Positions 1 through 12,100 of a stretch of DNA of 64,000 nucleotides are shown piece after piece. The DNA is taken from assembly GCA_964057225.1 (NCBI GenBank), contig OZ059898.1:992001-1056000 (forward strand), given 5' to 3'. Position numbers and translations under genes: made by a program. The stretch's first letter is position 1. Every line of letters starts with the position of its first letter. The notes under the pieces were generated by a model. It did no database searches and had not been told where the DNA came from. It saw nothing but the letters and a program-made list of their open reading frames with translations. The DNA is from Auanema rhodensis. Lineage: Eukaryota; Animalia; Nematoda.

Positions 1-16
1 GCCTTGAAAAAAGGAA

Positions 17-88
17 TCTAAAAACATCTACTTTTTGCTAAATTATTTTGAAATTTTTTGAAAAAATTTTTGTCAAAATGTTTTTGGA
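17..88. other. Imperfect nested inverted repeat / A-T tract region (present in each monomer)
   Basis: tctaaaaacat (17-27) vs atgtttttgga (78-88) has one mismatch. attttga (45-51) pairs with tcaaaat (73-79). A central 12-bp palindrome tttttcgaaaaa occupies monomer positions 54-65 in copies carrying C59. Confidence 0.7.
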
Positions 89-92
89 AGCA

Positions 93-120
93 ATGTTGAG
101 TGTACATGGAAACTCAACAT
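93..120. other. Perfect 9-bp inverted repeat with 10-nt loop (each monomer)
   Basis: atgttgagt (93-101) and actcaacat (112-120) are exact reverse complements; the loop is gtacatggaa. Confidence 0.9.
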
Positions 121-193
121 ACACCAATGCATCATTTTTCAAACGATCATAACTAATTTTTGTATTAAGCGTTTCTCAATGTAGTATAGTGCA

Positions 194-262
194 CTCGATG
201 CGGATTTTTAAGCTGCGTCGATCTGTGTTATCAGATTTGCGCTAGCTTAAAAATGCACCGAG
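194..262. other. Long imperfect hairpin, about 69 nt (each monomer)
   Basis: Perfect 11-bp core atttttaagct (204-214) / agcttaaaaat (244-254). Inner pairs gcg/cgc and atctg (221-225) / cagat (232-236). Outer arms ctcgatgc (194-201) / gcaccgag (255-262) with one mismatch. Confidence 0.88.
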
Positions 263-271
263 ATATCAACT

Positions 272-293
272 GATATAAGTTCACACTTATATC
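272..293. other. Perfect 9-bp inverted repeat with 4-nt loop (each monomer)
   Basis: gatataagt (272-280), loop tcac, acttatatc (285-293). In G268 copies it is extended by atcga (265-269) / tcgat (295-299). Confidence 0.9.
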
Positions 294-3200
294 CTCGATT
301 TTCACCCTGAAGAATTAATTTTTTCGTTGAATAACATTGTCCATCGTCTTTGCCTTGAAAAAAGGAATCTAAAAACATCTACTTTTTGCTAAATTATTTT
401 GAAATGTTTTGAAAAAATTTTTGTCAAAATGTTTTTGGAAGCAATGTTGAGTGTACATGGAAACTCAACATACACCAATGCATCATTTTTCAAACGATCA
501 TAACTAATTTTTGTATTAAGCGTTTTTCAATGTAGTATAGTGCACTCGATGCGGATTTTTAAGCTGCGTCGATCTGTGTTATCAGATTTGCGCTAGCTTA
601 AAAATGCACCGAGATATCAACTGATATAAGTTCACACTTATATCCTCGATTTTCACCCTGAAGAATTAATTTTTTCGTTGAATAACATTGTCCATCGTCT
701 TTGCCTTGAAAAAAGGAATCTAAAAACATCTACTTTTTGCTAAATTATCTTGAAATTTTTTGAAAAAATTTTTGTCAAAATGTTTTTGGAAGCAATGTTG
801 AGTGTACATGGAAACTCAACATACACCAATGCATCATTTTTCAAACGATCATAACTAATTTTTGTATTAAGCGTTTCTCAATGTAGTATAGTGCACTCGA
901 TGCGGATTTTTAAGCTGCGTCGATCTGTGTTATCAGATTTGCGCTAGCTTAAAAATGCACCGAGATATCAACTGATATAAGTTCACACTTATATCCTCGA
1001 TTTTCACCCTGAAGAATTAATTTTTTCGTTGAATAACATTGTCCATCGTCTTTGCCTTGAAAAAAGGAATCTAAAAACATCTACTTTTTGCTAAATTATT
1101 CTGAAATTTTTCGAAAAAATTTTTGTCAAAATGTTTTTGGAAGCAATGTTGAGTGTACATGGAAACTCAACATACACTAATGCATCATTTTTCAAACGAT
1201 CATAACTAATTTTTGTAATAAGCGTTTCTCAATGTAGTATAGTGCATTCGATGCGGAGTTTTAAGCTGCGTCGATCTGTGTTATCAGATTTGCGCTAGCT
1301 TAAAAATGCACCGAGATATCAACTGATATAAGTTCACACTTATATCCTCGATTTTCACCCTGAAGAATTAATTTTTTCGTTGAATAACATTGTCCATCGT
1401 CTTTGCTTTGAAAAAAGGAATCTAAAAACATCTACTTTTTGCTAAATTATTTTGAAATTTTTCGAAAAAATTTTTGTCAAAATGTTTTTGGAAGCAATGT
1501 TGAGTGTACATGGAAACTCAACATACACTAATGCATCATTTTTCAAACGATCATAACTAATTTTTGTATTAAGCGTTTCTCAATGTAGTATAGTGCATTC
1601 GATGCGGATTTTTAAGCTGCGTCGATCTGTGTTATCAGATTTGCGCTAGCTTAAAAATGCACCGAGATATCAACTGATATAAGTTCACACTTATATCCTC
1701 GATTTTCACCCTGAAGAATTAATTTTTTCGTTGAATAACATTGTCCATCGTCTTTGCCTTGAAAAAAGGAATCTAAAAACATCTACTTTTTGCTAAATTA
1801 TTTTGAAATTTTTCGAAAAAATTTTTGTCAAAAATGTTTTTGGAAGCAATGTTGAGTGTACATGGAAACTCAACATACACCAATGCATCATTTTTCAAAC
1901 GATCATAACTAATTTTTGTATTAAGCGTTTCTCAATGTAGTATAGTGCACTCGATGCGGATTTTTAAGCTGCGTCGATCTGTGTTATCAGATTTGCGCTA
2001 GCTTAAAAATGCACCGAGATATCAACTGATATAAGTTCACACTTATATCCTCGATTTTCACCCTGAAGAATTAATTTTTTCGTTGAATAACATTGTCCAT
2101 CGTCTTTGCCTTGAAAAAAGGAATCTAAAAACATCTACTTTTTGCTAAATTATTTTGAAATTTTTCGAAAAAATTTTTGTCAAAATGTTTTTGGAAGCAA
2201 TGTTGAGTGTACATGGAAACTCAACATACACTAATGCATCATTTTTCAAACGATCATAACTAATTTTTGTATTAAGCGTTTCTCAATGTAATATAGTGCA
2301 TTCGATGCGGATTTTTAAGCTGCGTCGATCTGTGTTATCAGATTTGCGCTAGCTTAAAAATGCACCGAGATATCAACTGATATAAGTTCACACTTATATC
2401 CTCGATTTTCACCCTGAAGAATTAATTTTTTCGTTGAATAACATTGTCCATCGTCTTTGCCTTGAAAAATGGAATCTAAAAACATCTACTTTTTGCTAAA
2501 TTATTTTGAAATTTTTCGAAACAATTTTTGTCAAAATGTTTTTGGAAGCAATGTTGAGTGTACATGGAAACTCAACATACACTAATGCATCATTTTTCAA
2601 ACGATCATAACTAATTTTTGTATTAAGCGTTTCTCAATGTAATATAGTGCATTCGATGCGGATTTTTAAGCTGCGTCGATCTGTGTTATCAGATTTGCGC
2701 TAGCTTAAAAATGCACCGAGATATCAACTGATATAAGTTCACACTTATATCCTCGATTTTCACCCTGAAGAATTAATTTTTTCGTTGAATAACATTGTCC
2801 ATCGTCTTTGCCTTGAAAAAAGGAATCTAAAAACGTCTACTTTTTGCTAAATTATTTTGAAATTTTTTGAAAAAATTTTTGTCAAAATGTTTTTGGAAGC
2901 AATGTTGAGTGTACATGGAAACTCAACATACACTAATGCATCATTTTTCAAACGATCATAACTAATTTTTGTATTAAGCGTTTCTCAATGTAGTATAGTG
3001 CATTTGATGCGGATTTTTAAGCTGGGTCGATCTGTGTTATCAGATTTGCGCTAGCTTTAAAATGCACCGAGATATCAACTGATATAAGTTCACACTTATA
3101 TCCTCGATTTTCACCCTGAAGAATTAATTTTTTCGTTGAATAACATTGTCCATCGTCTTTGCCTTGAAAAAAGGAATCTAAAAACATCTACTTTTTGCTA

Positions 3201-6200
3201 AATTATTTTGAAATTTTTCGAAAAAATTTTTGTCAAAATGTTTTTGGAAGCAATGTTGAGTGTACATGGAAACTCAACATACACTAATGCATCATTTTTC
3301 AAACGATCATAACTAATTTTTGTATTAAGCGTTTCTCAATGTAGTATAGTGCATTTGATGCGGATTTTTAAGCTGCGTCGATCTGTGTTATCAGATTTGC
3401 GCTAGCTTTAAAATGCACCGAGATATCAACTGATATAAGTTCACACTTATATCCTCGATTTTCACCCTGAAGAATTAATTTTTTCGTTGAATAACATTGT
3501 CCATCGTCTTTGCCTTGAAAAAAGGAATCTAAAAACATCTACTTTTTGCTAAATTATCTTGAAATTTTTCGAAAAAATTTTTGTCAAAATGTTTTTGGAA
3601 GCAATGTTGAGTGTACATGGAAACTCAACATACACTAATGCATCATTTTTCAAACGATCATAACTAATTTTTGTATTAAGCGTTTCTCAATGTAGTATAG
3701 TGCATTTGATGCGGATTTTTAAGCTGCGTCGATCTGTGTTATCAGATTTGCGCTAGCTTTAAAATGCACCGAGATATCAACTGATATAAGTTCACACTTA
3801 TATCCTTGATTTTCACCCTGAAGAATTAATTTTTTCGTTGAATAACATTGTCCATCGTCTTTGCCTTGAAAAAAGGAATCTAAAAACATCTACTTTTTGC
3901 TAAATTATTTTGAAATTTTTCGAAAAAATTTTTGTCAAAATGTTTTTGGAAGCAATGTTGAGTGTACATGGAAACTCAACATACACTAATGCATCATTTT
4001 TCAAACGATCATAACTAATTTTTGTATTAAGCGTTTCTCAATGTAGTATAGTGCATTTGATGCGGATTTTTAAGCTGCGTCGATCTGTGTTATCAGATTT
4101 GCGCTAGCTTAAAAATGCACCGAGATATCGACTGATATAAGTTCACACTTATATCCTCGATTTTCACCCTGAAGAATTAATTTTTTCGTTGAATAACATT
4201 GTCCATCGTCTTTGCCTTGAAAAATGGAATCTAAAAACATCTACTTTTTGCTAAATTATCTTGAAATTTTTCGAAAAAATTTTTGTCAAAATGTTTTTGG
4301 AAGCAATGTTGAGTGTACATGGAAACTCAACATACACTAATGCATCATTTTTCAAACGATCATAACTAATTTTTGTATTAAGCGTTTCTCAATGTAATAT
4401 AGTGCATTTGATGCGGATTTTTAAGCTGCGTCGATCTGTGTTATCAGATTTGCGCTAGCTTAAAAATGCACCGAGATATCAACTGATATAAGTTCACACT
4501 TATATCCTCGATTTTCACCCTGAAGAATTAATTTTTTCGTTGAATAACATTGTCCATCGTCTTTGCCTTGAAAAATGGAATCTAAAAACATCTACTTTTT
4601 GCTAAATTATTTTGAAATTTTTCGAAACAATTTTTGTCAAAATGTTTTTGGAAGCAATGTTGAGTGTACATGGAAACTCAACATACACTAATGCATCATT
4701 TTTCAAACGATCATAACTAATTTTTGTATTAAGCGTTTCTCAATGTAATATAGTGCATTCGATGCGGATTTTTAAGCTGCGTCGATCTGTGTTATCAGAT
4801 TTGCGCTAGCTTAAAAATGCACCGAGATATCGACTGATATAAATTCACACTTATATCCTCGATTTTCACCCTGAAGAATTAATTTTTTCGTTGAATAACA
4901 TTGTCCATCGTCTTTGCCTTGAAAAATGGAATCTAAAAACATCTACTTTTTGCTAAATTATCTTGAAATTTTTTGAAAAAATTTTTGTCAAAATGTTTTT
5001 GGAAGCAATGTTGAGTGTACATGGAAACTCAACATACACTAATGCATCATTTTTCAAACGATCATAACTAATTTTTGTATTAAGCGTTTCTCAATGTAAT
5101 ATAGTGCATTCGATGCGGATTTTTAAGCTGCGTCGATCTGTGTTATCAGATTTGCGCTAGCTTAAAAATGCACCGAGATATCGACTGATATAAGTTCACA
5201 CTTATATCCTCGATTTTCACCCTGAAGAATTAATTTTTTCGTTGAATAACATTGTCCATCGTCTTTGCCTTGAAAAATGGAATCTAAAAAAATCTACTTT
5301 TTGCTAAATTATCTTGAAATTTTTCGAAAAAATTTTTGTCAAAATGTTTTTGGAAGCAATGTTGAGTGTACATGGAAACTCAACATACACTAATGCATCA
5401 TTTTTCAAACGATCATAACTAATTTTTGTATTAAGCGTTTCTCAATGTAATATAGTGCATTCGATGCGGATTTTTAAGCTGCGTCGATCTGTGTTATCAG
5501 ATTTGCGCTAGCTTAAAAATGCACCGAGATATCGACTGATATAAGTTCACACTTATATCCTCGATTTTCACCCTGAAGAATTAATTTTTTCGTTGAATAA
5601 CATTGTCCATCGTCTTTGCCTTGAAAAATGGAATCTAAAAACATCTACTTTTTGCTAAATTATTTTGAAATTTTTTGAAAAAATTTTTGTCAAAATGTTT
5701 TTGGAAACAATGTTGAGTGTACATGGAAACTCAACATACACTAATGCATCATTTTTCAAACGATCATAACTAATTTTTGTATTAAGCGTTTCTCAATGTA
5801 ATATAGTGCATTCGATGCGGATTTTTAAGCTGCGTCGATCTGTGTTATCAGATTTGCGCTAGCTTAAAAATGCACCGAGATATCGACTGATATAAATTCA
5901 CACTTATATCCTCGATTTTCACCCTGAAGAATTAATTTTTTCGTTGAATAACATTGTCCATCGTCTTTGCCTTGAAAAATGGAATCTAAAAACATCTACT
6001 TTTTGCTGAATTATCTTGAAATTTTTCGAAAAAATTTTTGTCAAAATGTTTTTGGAAGCAATGTTGAGTGTACATGGAAACTCAACATACACTAATGCAT
6101 CATTTTTCAAACGATCATAACTAATTTTTGTATTAAGCGTTTCTCAATGTAATATAGTGCATTCGATGCGGATTTTTAAGCTGCGTCGATCTGTGTTATC

Positions 6201-9127
6201 AGATTTGCGCTAGCTTAAAAATGCACCGAGATATCAACTGATATAAGTTCACACTTATATCCTCGATTTTCACCCTGAAGAATTAATTTTTTCGTTGAAT
6301 AACAATGTCCATCGTCTTTGCCTTGAAAAATGGAATCTAAAAACATCTACTTTTTGCTAAATTATTTTGAAATTTTTCGAAACAATTTTTGTCAAAATGT
6401 TTTTGGAAGCAATGTTGAGTGTACATGGAAACTCAACATACACTAATGCATCATTTTTCAAACGATCATAACTAATTTTTGTATTAAGCGTTTCTCAATG
6501 TAATATAGTGCATTCGATGCGGATTTTTAAGCTGCGTCGATCTGTGTTATCAGATTTGCGCTAGCTTAAAAATGCACCGAGATATCGACTGATATAAATT
6601 CACACTTATATCCTCGATTTTCACCCTGAAGAATTAATTTTTTCGTTGAATACCATTGTCCATCGTCTTTGCCTTGAAAAATGGAATCTAAAAACATCTA
6701 CTTTTTGCTAAATTATCTTGAAATTTTTCGAAAAAATTTTTGTCAAAATGTTTTTGGAAGCAATGTTGAGTGTACATGGAAACTCAACATACACTAATGC
6801 ATCATTTTTCAAACGATCATAACTAATTTTTGTATTAAGCGTTTCTCAATGTAATATAGTGCATTCGATGCGGATTTTTAAGCTGCGTCGATCTGTGTTA
6901 TCAGATTTGCGCTAGCTTAAAAATGCACCGAGATATCGACTGATATAAGTTCACACTTATATCCTCGATTTTCACCCTGAAGAATTAATTTTTTCGTTGA
7001 ATAACATTGTCCATCGTCTTTGCCTTGAAAAATGGAATCTAAAAACATCTACTTTTTGCTAAATTATCTTGAAATTTTTCGAAAAAATTTTTGTCAAAAT
7101 GTTTTTGGAAGCAATGTTGAGTGTACATGGAAACTCAACATACACTAATGCATCATTTTTCAAACGATCATAACTAATTTTTGTATTAAGCGTTTCTCAA
7201 TGTAATATAGTGCATTCGATGCGGATTTTTAAGCTGCGTCGATCTGTGTTATCAGATTTGCGCTAGCTTAAAAATGCACCGAGATATCGACTGATATAAG
7301 TTCACACTTATATCCTCGCTTTTCACCCTGAAGAATTAATTTTTTCGTTGAATAACATTGTCCATCGTCTTTGCCTTGAAAAATGGAATCTAAAAACATC
7401 TACTTTTTGCTAAATTATCTTGAAATTTTTCGAAAAAATTTTTGTCAAAATGTTTTTGGAAGCAATGTTGAGTGTACATGGAAACTCAACATACACTAAT
7501 GCATCATTTTTCAAACGATCATAACTAATTTTTGTATTAAGCGTTTCTCAATGTAATATAGTGCATTCGATGCGGATTTTTAAGCTGCGTCGATCTGTGT
7601 TATCAGATTTGCGCTAGCTTAAAAATGCACCGAGATATCGACTGATATAAGTTCACACTTATATCCTCGATTTTCACCCTGAAGAATTAATTTTTTCGTT
7701 GAATAACATTGTCCATCGTCTTTGCCTTGAAAAATGGAATCTAAAAACATCTACTTTTTGCTAAATTATCTTGAAATTTTTCGAAAAAATTTTTGTCAAA
7801 ATGTTTTTGGAAGCAATGTTGAGTGTACATGGAAACTCAACATACACTAATGCATCATTTTTCAAACGATCATAACTAATTTTTGTATTAAGCGTTTCTC
7901 AATGTAATATAGTGCATTCGATGCGGATTTTTAAGCTGCGTCGATCTGTGTTATCAGATTTGCGCTAGCTTAAAAATGCACCGAGATATCGACTGATATA
8001 AGTTCACACTTATATCCTCGATTTTCACCCTGAAGAATTAATTTTTTCGTTGAATAACATTGTCCATCGTCTTTGCCTTGAAAAATGGAATCTAAAAACA
8101 TCTACTTTTTGCTAAATTATTTTGAAATTTTTTGAAAAAATTTTTGTCAAAATGTTTTTGGAAGCAATGTTGAGTGTACATGGAAACTCAACATACACTA
8201 ATGCATCATTTTTCAAACGATCATAACTAATTTTTGTATTAAGCGTTTCTCAATGTAATATAGTGCATTCGATGCGGATTTTTAAGCTGCGTCGATCTGT
8301 GTTATCAGATTTGCGCTAGCTTAAAAATGCACCGAGATATCGACTGATATAAGTTCACACTTATATCCTCGATTTTCACCCTGAAGAATTAATTTTTTCG
8401 TTGAATAACATTGTCCATCGTCTTTGCCTTGAAAAATGGAATCTAAAAACATCTACTTTTTGCTAAATTATCTTGAAATTTTTCGAAAAAATTTTTGTCA
8501 AAATGTTTTTGGAAGCAATGTTGAGTGTACATGGAAACTCAACATACACTAATGCATCATTTTTCAAACGATCATAACTAATTTTTGTATTAAGCGTTTC
8601 TCAATGTAATATAGTGCATTCGATGCGGATTTTTAAGCTGCGTCGATCTGTGTTATCAGATTTGCGCTAGCTTAAAAATGCACCGAGATATCGACTGATA
8701 TAAGTTCACACTTATATCCTCGATTTTCACCCTGAAGAATTAATTTTTTCGTTGAATAACATTGTCCATCGTCTTTGCCTTGAAAAATGGAATCTAAAAA
8801 CATCTACTTTTTGCTAAATTATTTTGAAATTTTTTGAAAAAATTTTTGTCAAAATGTTTTTGGAAGCAATGTTGAGTGTACATGGAAACTCAACATACAC
8901 TAATGCATCATTTTTCAAACGATCATAACTAATTTTTGTATTAAGCGTTTCTCAATGTAATATAGTGCATTCGATGCGGATTTTTAAGCTGCGTCGATCT
9001 GTGTTATCAGATTTGCGCTAGCTTAAAAATGCACCGAGATATCGACTGATATAAGTTCACACTTATATCCTCGATTTTCACCCTGAAGAATTAATTTTTT
9101 CGTTGAATAACATTGTCCATCGTCTTT

Positions 9128-12100
9128 GCCTTGAAAAATGGAATCTAAAAACATCTACTTTTTGCTAAATTATTTTGAAATTTTTTGAAAAAATTTTTGT
9201 CAAAATGTTTTTGGAAGCAATGTTGAGTGTACATGGAAACTCAACATACACTAATGCATCATTTTTCAAACGATCATAACTAATTTTTGTATTAAGCGTT
9301 TCTCAATGTAGTATAGTGCATTCGATGCGGATTTTTAAGCTGCGTCGATCTGTGTTATCAGATTTGCGCTAGCTTAAAAATGCACCGAGATATCAACTGA
9401 CATAAGTTTACACTTATATCCTCGATTTTCACCCTGAAGAATTAATTTTTTCGTTGAATAACATTATCCATCGTCTTTGCCTTAAAAAATGGAATCTAAA
9501 AACATCTACTTTTTGCTAAATTATCTTGAAATTTTTCGAAAAAATTTTTGTCAAAATGTTTTTGGAAGCAATGTTGAGTGTACATGGAAACTCAACATAC
9601 ACTAATGCATCATTTTTCAAACGATCATAACTAATTTTTGTATTAAGCGTTTCTCAATGTAATATAGTGCATTCGATGCGGATTTTTAAGCTGCGTCGAT
9701 CTGTGTTATCAGATTTGCGCTAGCTTAAAAATGCACCGAGATATCAACTGATATAAGTTCACACTTATATCCTCGATTTTCACCCTGAAGAATTAATTTT
9801 TTCGTTGAATAACATTGTCCATCGTCTTTGCCTTGAAAAAAGGAATCTAAAAACATCTACTTTTTGCTAAATTATTTTGAAATTTTTCGAAAACATTTTT
9901 GTCAAAATGTTTTTGGAAGCAATGTTGAGTGTACATGGAAACTCAACATACACTAATGCATCATTTTTCAAACGATCATAACTAATTTTTGTATTAAGCG
10001 TTTCTCAATGTAGTATAGTGCATTTGATGCGGATTTTTAAGCTGCGTCGATCTGTGTTATCAGATTTGCGCTAGCTTAAAAATGCACCGAGATATCAACT
10101 GATATAAGTTTACACTTATATCCTCGATTTTCACCCTGAAGAATTAATTTTTTCGTTGAATAACATTATCCATCGTCTTTGCCTTGAAAAAAGGAATCTA
10201 AAAACATCTACTTTTTGCTAAATTATTTTGAAATTTTTCGAAAAAATTTTTGTCAAAATGTTTTTGGAAGCAATGTTGAGTGTACATGGAAACTCAACAT
10301 ACACTAATGCATCATTTTTCAAACGATCATAACTAATTTTTGTATTAAGCGTTTCTCAATGTAATATAGTGCATTCGATGCGGATTTTTAAGCTGCGTCG
10401 ATCTGTGTTATCAGATTTGCGCTAGCTTAAAAATGCACCGAGATATCGACTGATATAAGTTCACACTTATATCCTCGATTTTCACCCTGAAGAATTAATT
10501 TTTTCGTTGAATAACATTGTCCATCGTCTTTGCCTTGAAAAATGGAATCTAAAAACATCTACTTTTTGCTAAATTATCTTGAAATTTTTCGAAAAAATTT
10601 TTGTCAAAATGTTTTTGGAAGCAATGTTGAGTGTACATGGAAACTCAACATACACTAATGCATCATTTTTCAAACGATCATAACTAATTTTTGTATTAAG
10701 CGTTTCTCAATGTAATATAGTGCATTCGATGCGGATTTTTAAGCTGCGTCGATCTGTGTTATCAGATTTGCGCTAGCTTAAAAATGCACCGAGATATCGA
10801 CTGATATAAGTTCACACTTATATCCTCGATTTTCACCCTGAAGAATTAATTTTTTCGTTGAATAACATTGTCCATCGTCTTTGCCTTGAAAAATGGAATC
10901 TAAAAACATCTACTTTTTGCTAAATTATTTTGAAATTTTTTGAAAAAATTTTTGTCAAAATGTTTTTGGAAGCAATGTTGAGTGTACATGGAAACTCAAC
11001 ATACACTAATGCATCATTTTTCAAACGATCATAACTAATTTTTGTATTAAGCGTTTCTCAATGTAGTATAGTGCATTCGATGCGGATTTTTAAGCTGCGT
11101 CGATCTGTGTTATCAGATTTGCGCTAGCTTAAAAATGCACCGAGATATCAACTGACATAAGTTTACACTTATATCCTCGATTTTCACCCTGAAGAATTAA
11201 TTTTTTCGTTGAATAACATTATCCATCGTCTTTGCCTTAAAAAATGGAATCTAAAAACATCTACTTTTTGCTAAATTATCTTGAAATTTTTCGAAAAAAT
11301 TTTTGTCAAAATGTTTTTGGAAGCAATGTTGAGTGTACATGGAAACTCAACATACACTAATGCATCATTTTTCAAACGATCATAACTAATTTTTGTATTA
11401 AGCGTTTCTCAATGTAATATAGTGCATTCGATGCGGATTTTTAAGCTGCGTCGATCTGTGTTATCAGATTTGCGCTAGCTTAAAAATGCACCGAGATATC
11501 AACTGATATAAGTTCACACTTATATCCTCGATTTTCACCCTGAAGAATTAATTTTTTCGTTGAATAACATTGTCCATCGTCTTTGCCTTGAAAAAAGGAA
11601 TCTAAAAACATCTACTTTTTGCTAAATTATTTTGAAATTTTTCGAAAACATTTTTGTCAAAATGTTTTTGGAAGCAATGTTGAGTGTACATGGAAACTCA
11701 ACATACACTAATGCATCATTTTTCAAACGATCATAACTAATTTTTGTATTAAGCGTTTCTCAATGTAGTATAGTGCATTTGATGCGGATTTTTAAGCTGC
11801 GTCGATCTGTGTTATCAGATTTGCGCTAGCTTAAAAATGCACCGAGATATCAACTGATATAAGTTTACACTTATATCCTCGATTTTCACCCTGAAGAATT
11901 AATTTTTTCGTTGAATAACATTATCCATCGTCTTTGCCTTGAAAAAAGGAATCTAAAAACATCTACTTTTTGCTAAATTATTTTGAAATTTTTCGAAAAA
12001 ATTTTTGTCAAAATGTTTTTGGAAGCAATGTTGAGTGTACATGGAAACTCAACATACACTAATGCATCATTTTTCAAACGATCATAACTAATTTTTGTAT

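Larger units (their letters stand above)
1..351. repeat. Representative monomer (copy 1; phase is arbitrary, set by the window start)
   Basis: The sequence restarts at 352. About 111/351 bases are G+C by hand count. Commonly variable monomer positions: 12 A/T, 47 T/C, 59 T/C, 64 or 65 A/C, 184 G/A, 196 C/T, 248/249, 268 A/G, 274 T/C, 279 G/A, 282 C/T, 339 G/A. Confidence 0.98.

Noticed and set aside
194-293. Helitron 3' end, MITE termini or rho-independent terminators
   Set aside because: The CTAG lies inside a hairpin arm rather than downstream of one. There are no element boundaries, target-site duplications or upstream genes, and the stems are AT-rich.
322-338. CENP-B box-like motif tTTCGttgaAtaacatt
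   Set aside because: It matches TTCG and the A of NTTCGNNNNANNCGGGN but lacks CGGG entirely (5 of 9 essential bases), which is likely by chance.
1-351. Identity with similarly sized satellites (Drosophila 1.688/359-bp family, Tribolium ~360-bp satellite)
   Set aside because: Only length and AT-richness are similar; I cannot support sequence homology without a database search.
1-351. Tandem RNA gene unit (5S rDNA, tRNA, snRNA, spliced leader)
   Set aside because: I recognise no 5S or tRNA sequence, cloverleaf, Pol III A/B/C boxes or spliced-leader sequence.
1-351. Monomer as a diverged dimer of ~175-bp subunits
   Set aside because: The two halves do not visibly align; only short words such as caatgt (91, 177) recur.
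5919-6110. 63-aa minus-strand ORF from the supplied track
   Set aside because: It exists only because a private A>G at 6008 in copy 18 turns the minus-strand TAG found in the other copies into CAG. It spans a monomer junction and shows no recognisable motif, so it is a chance ORF.
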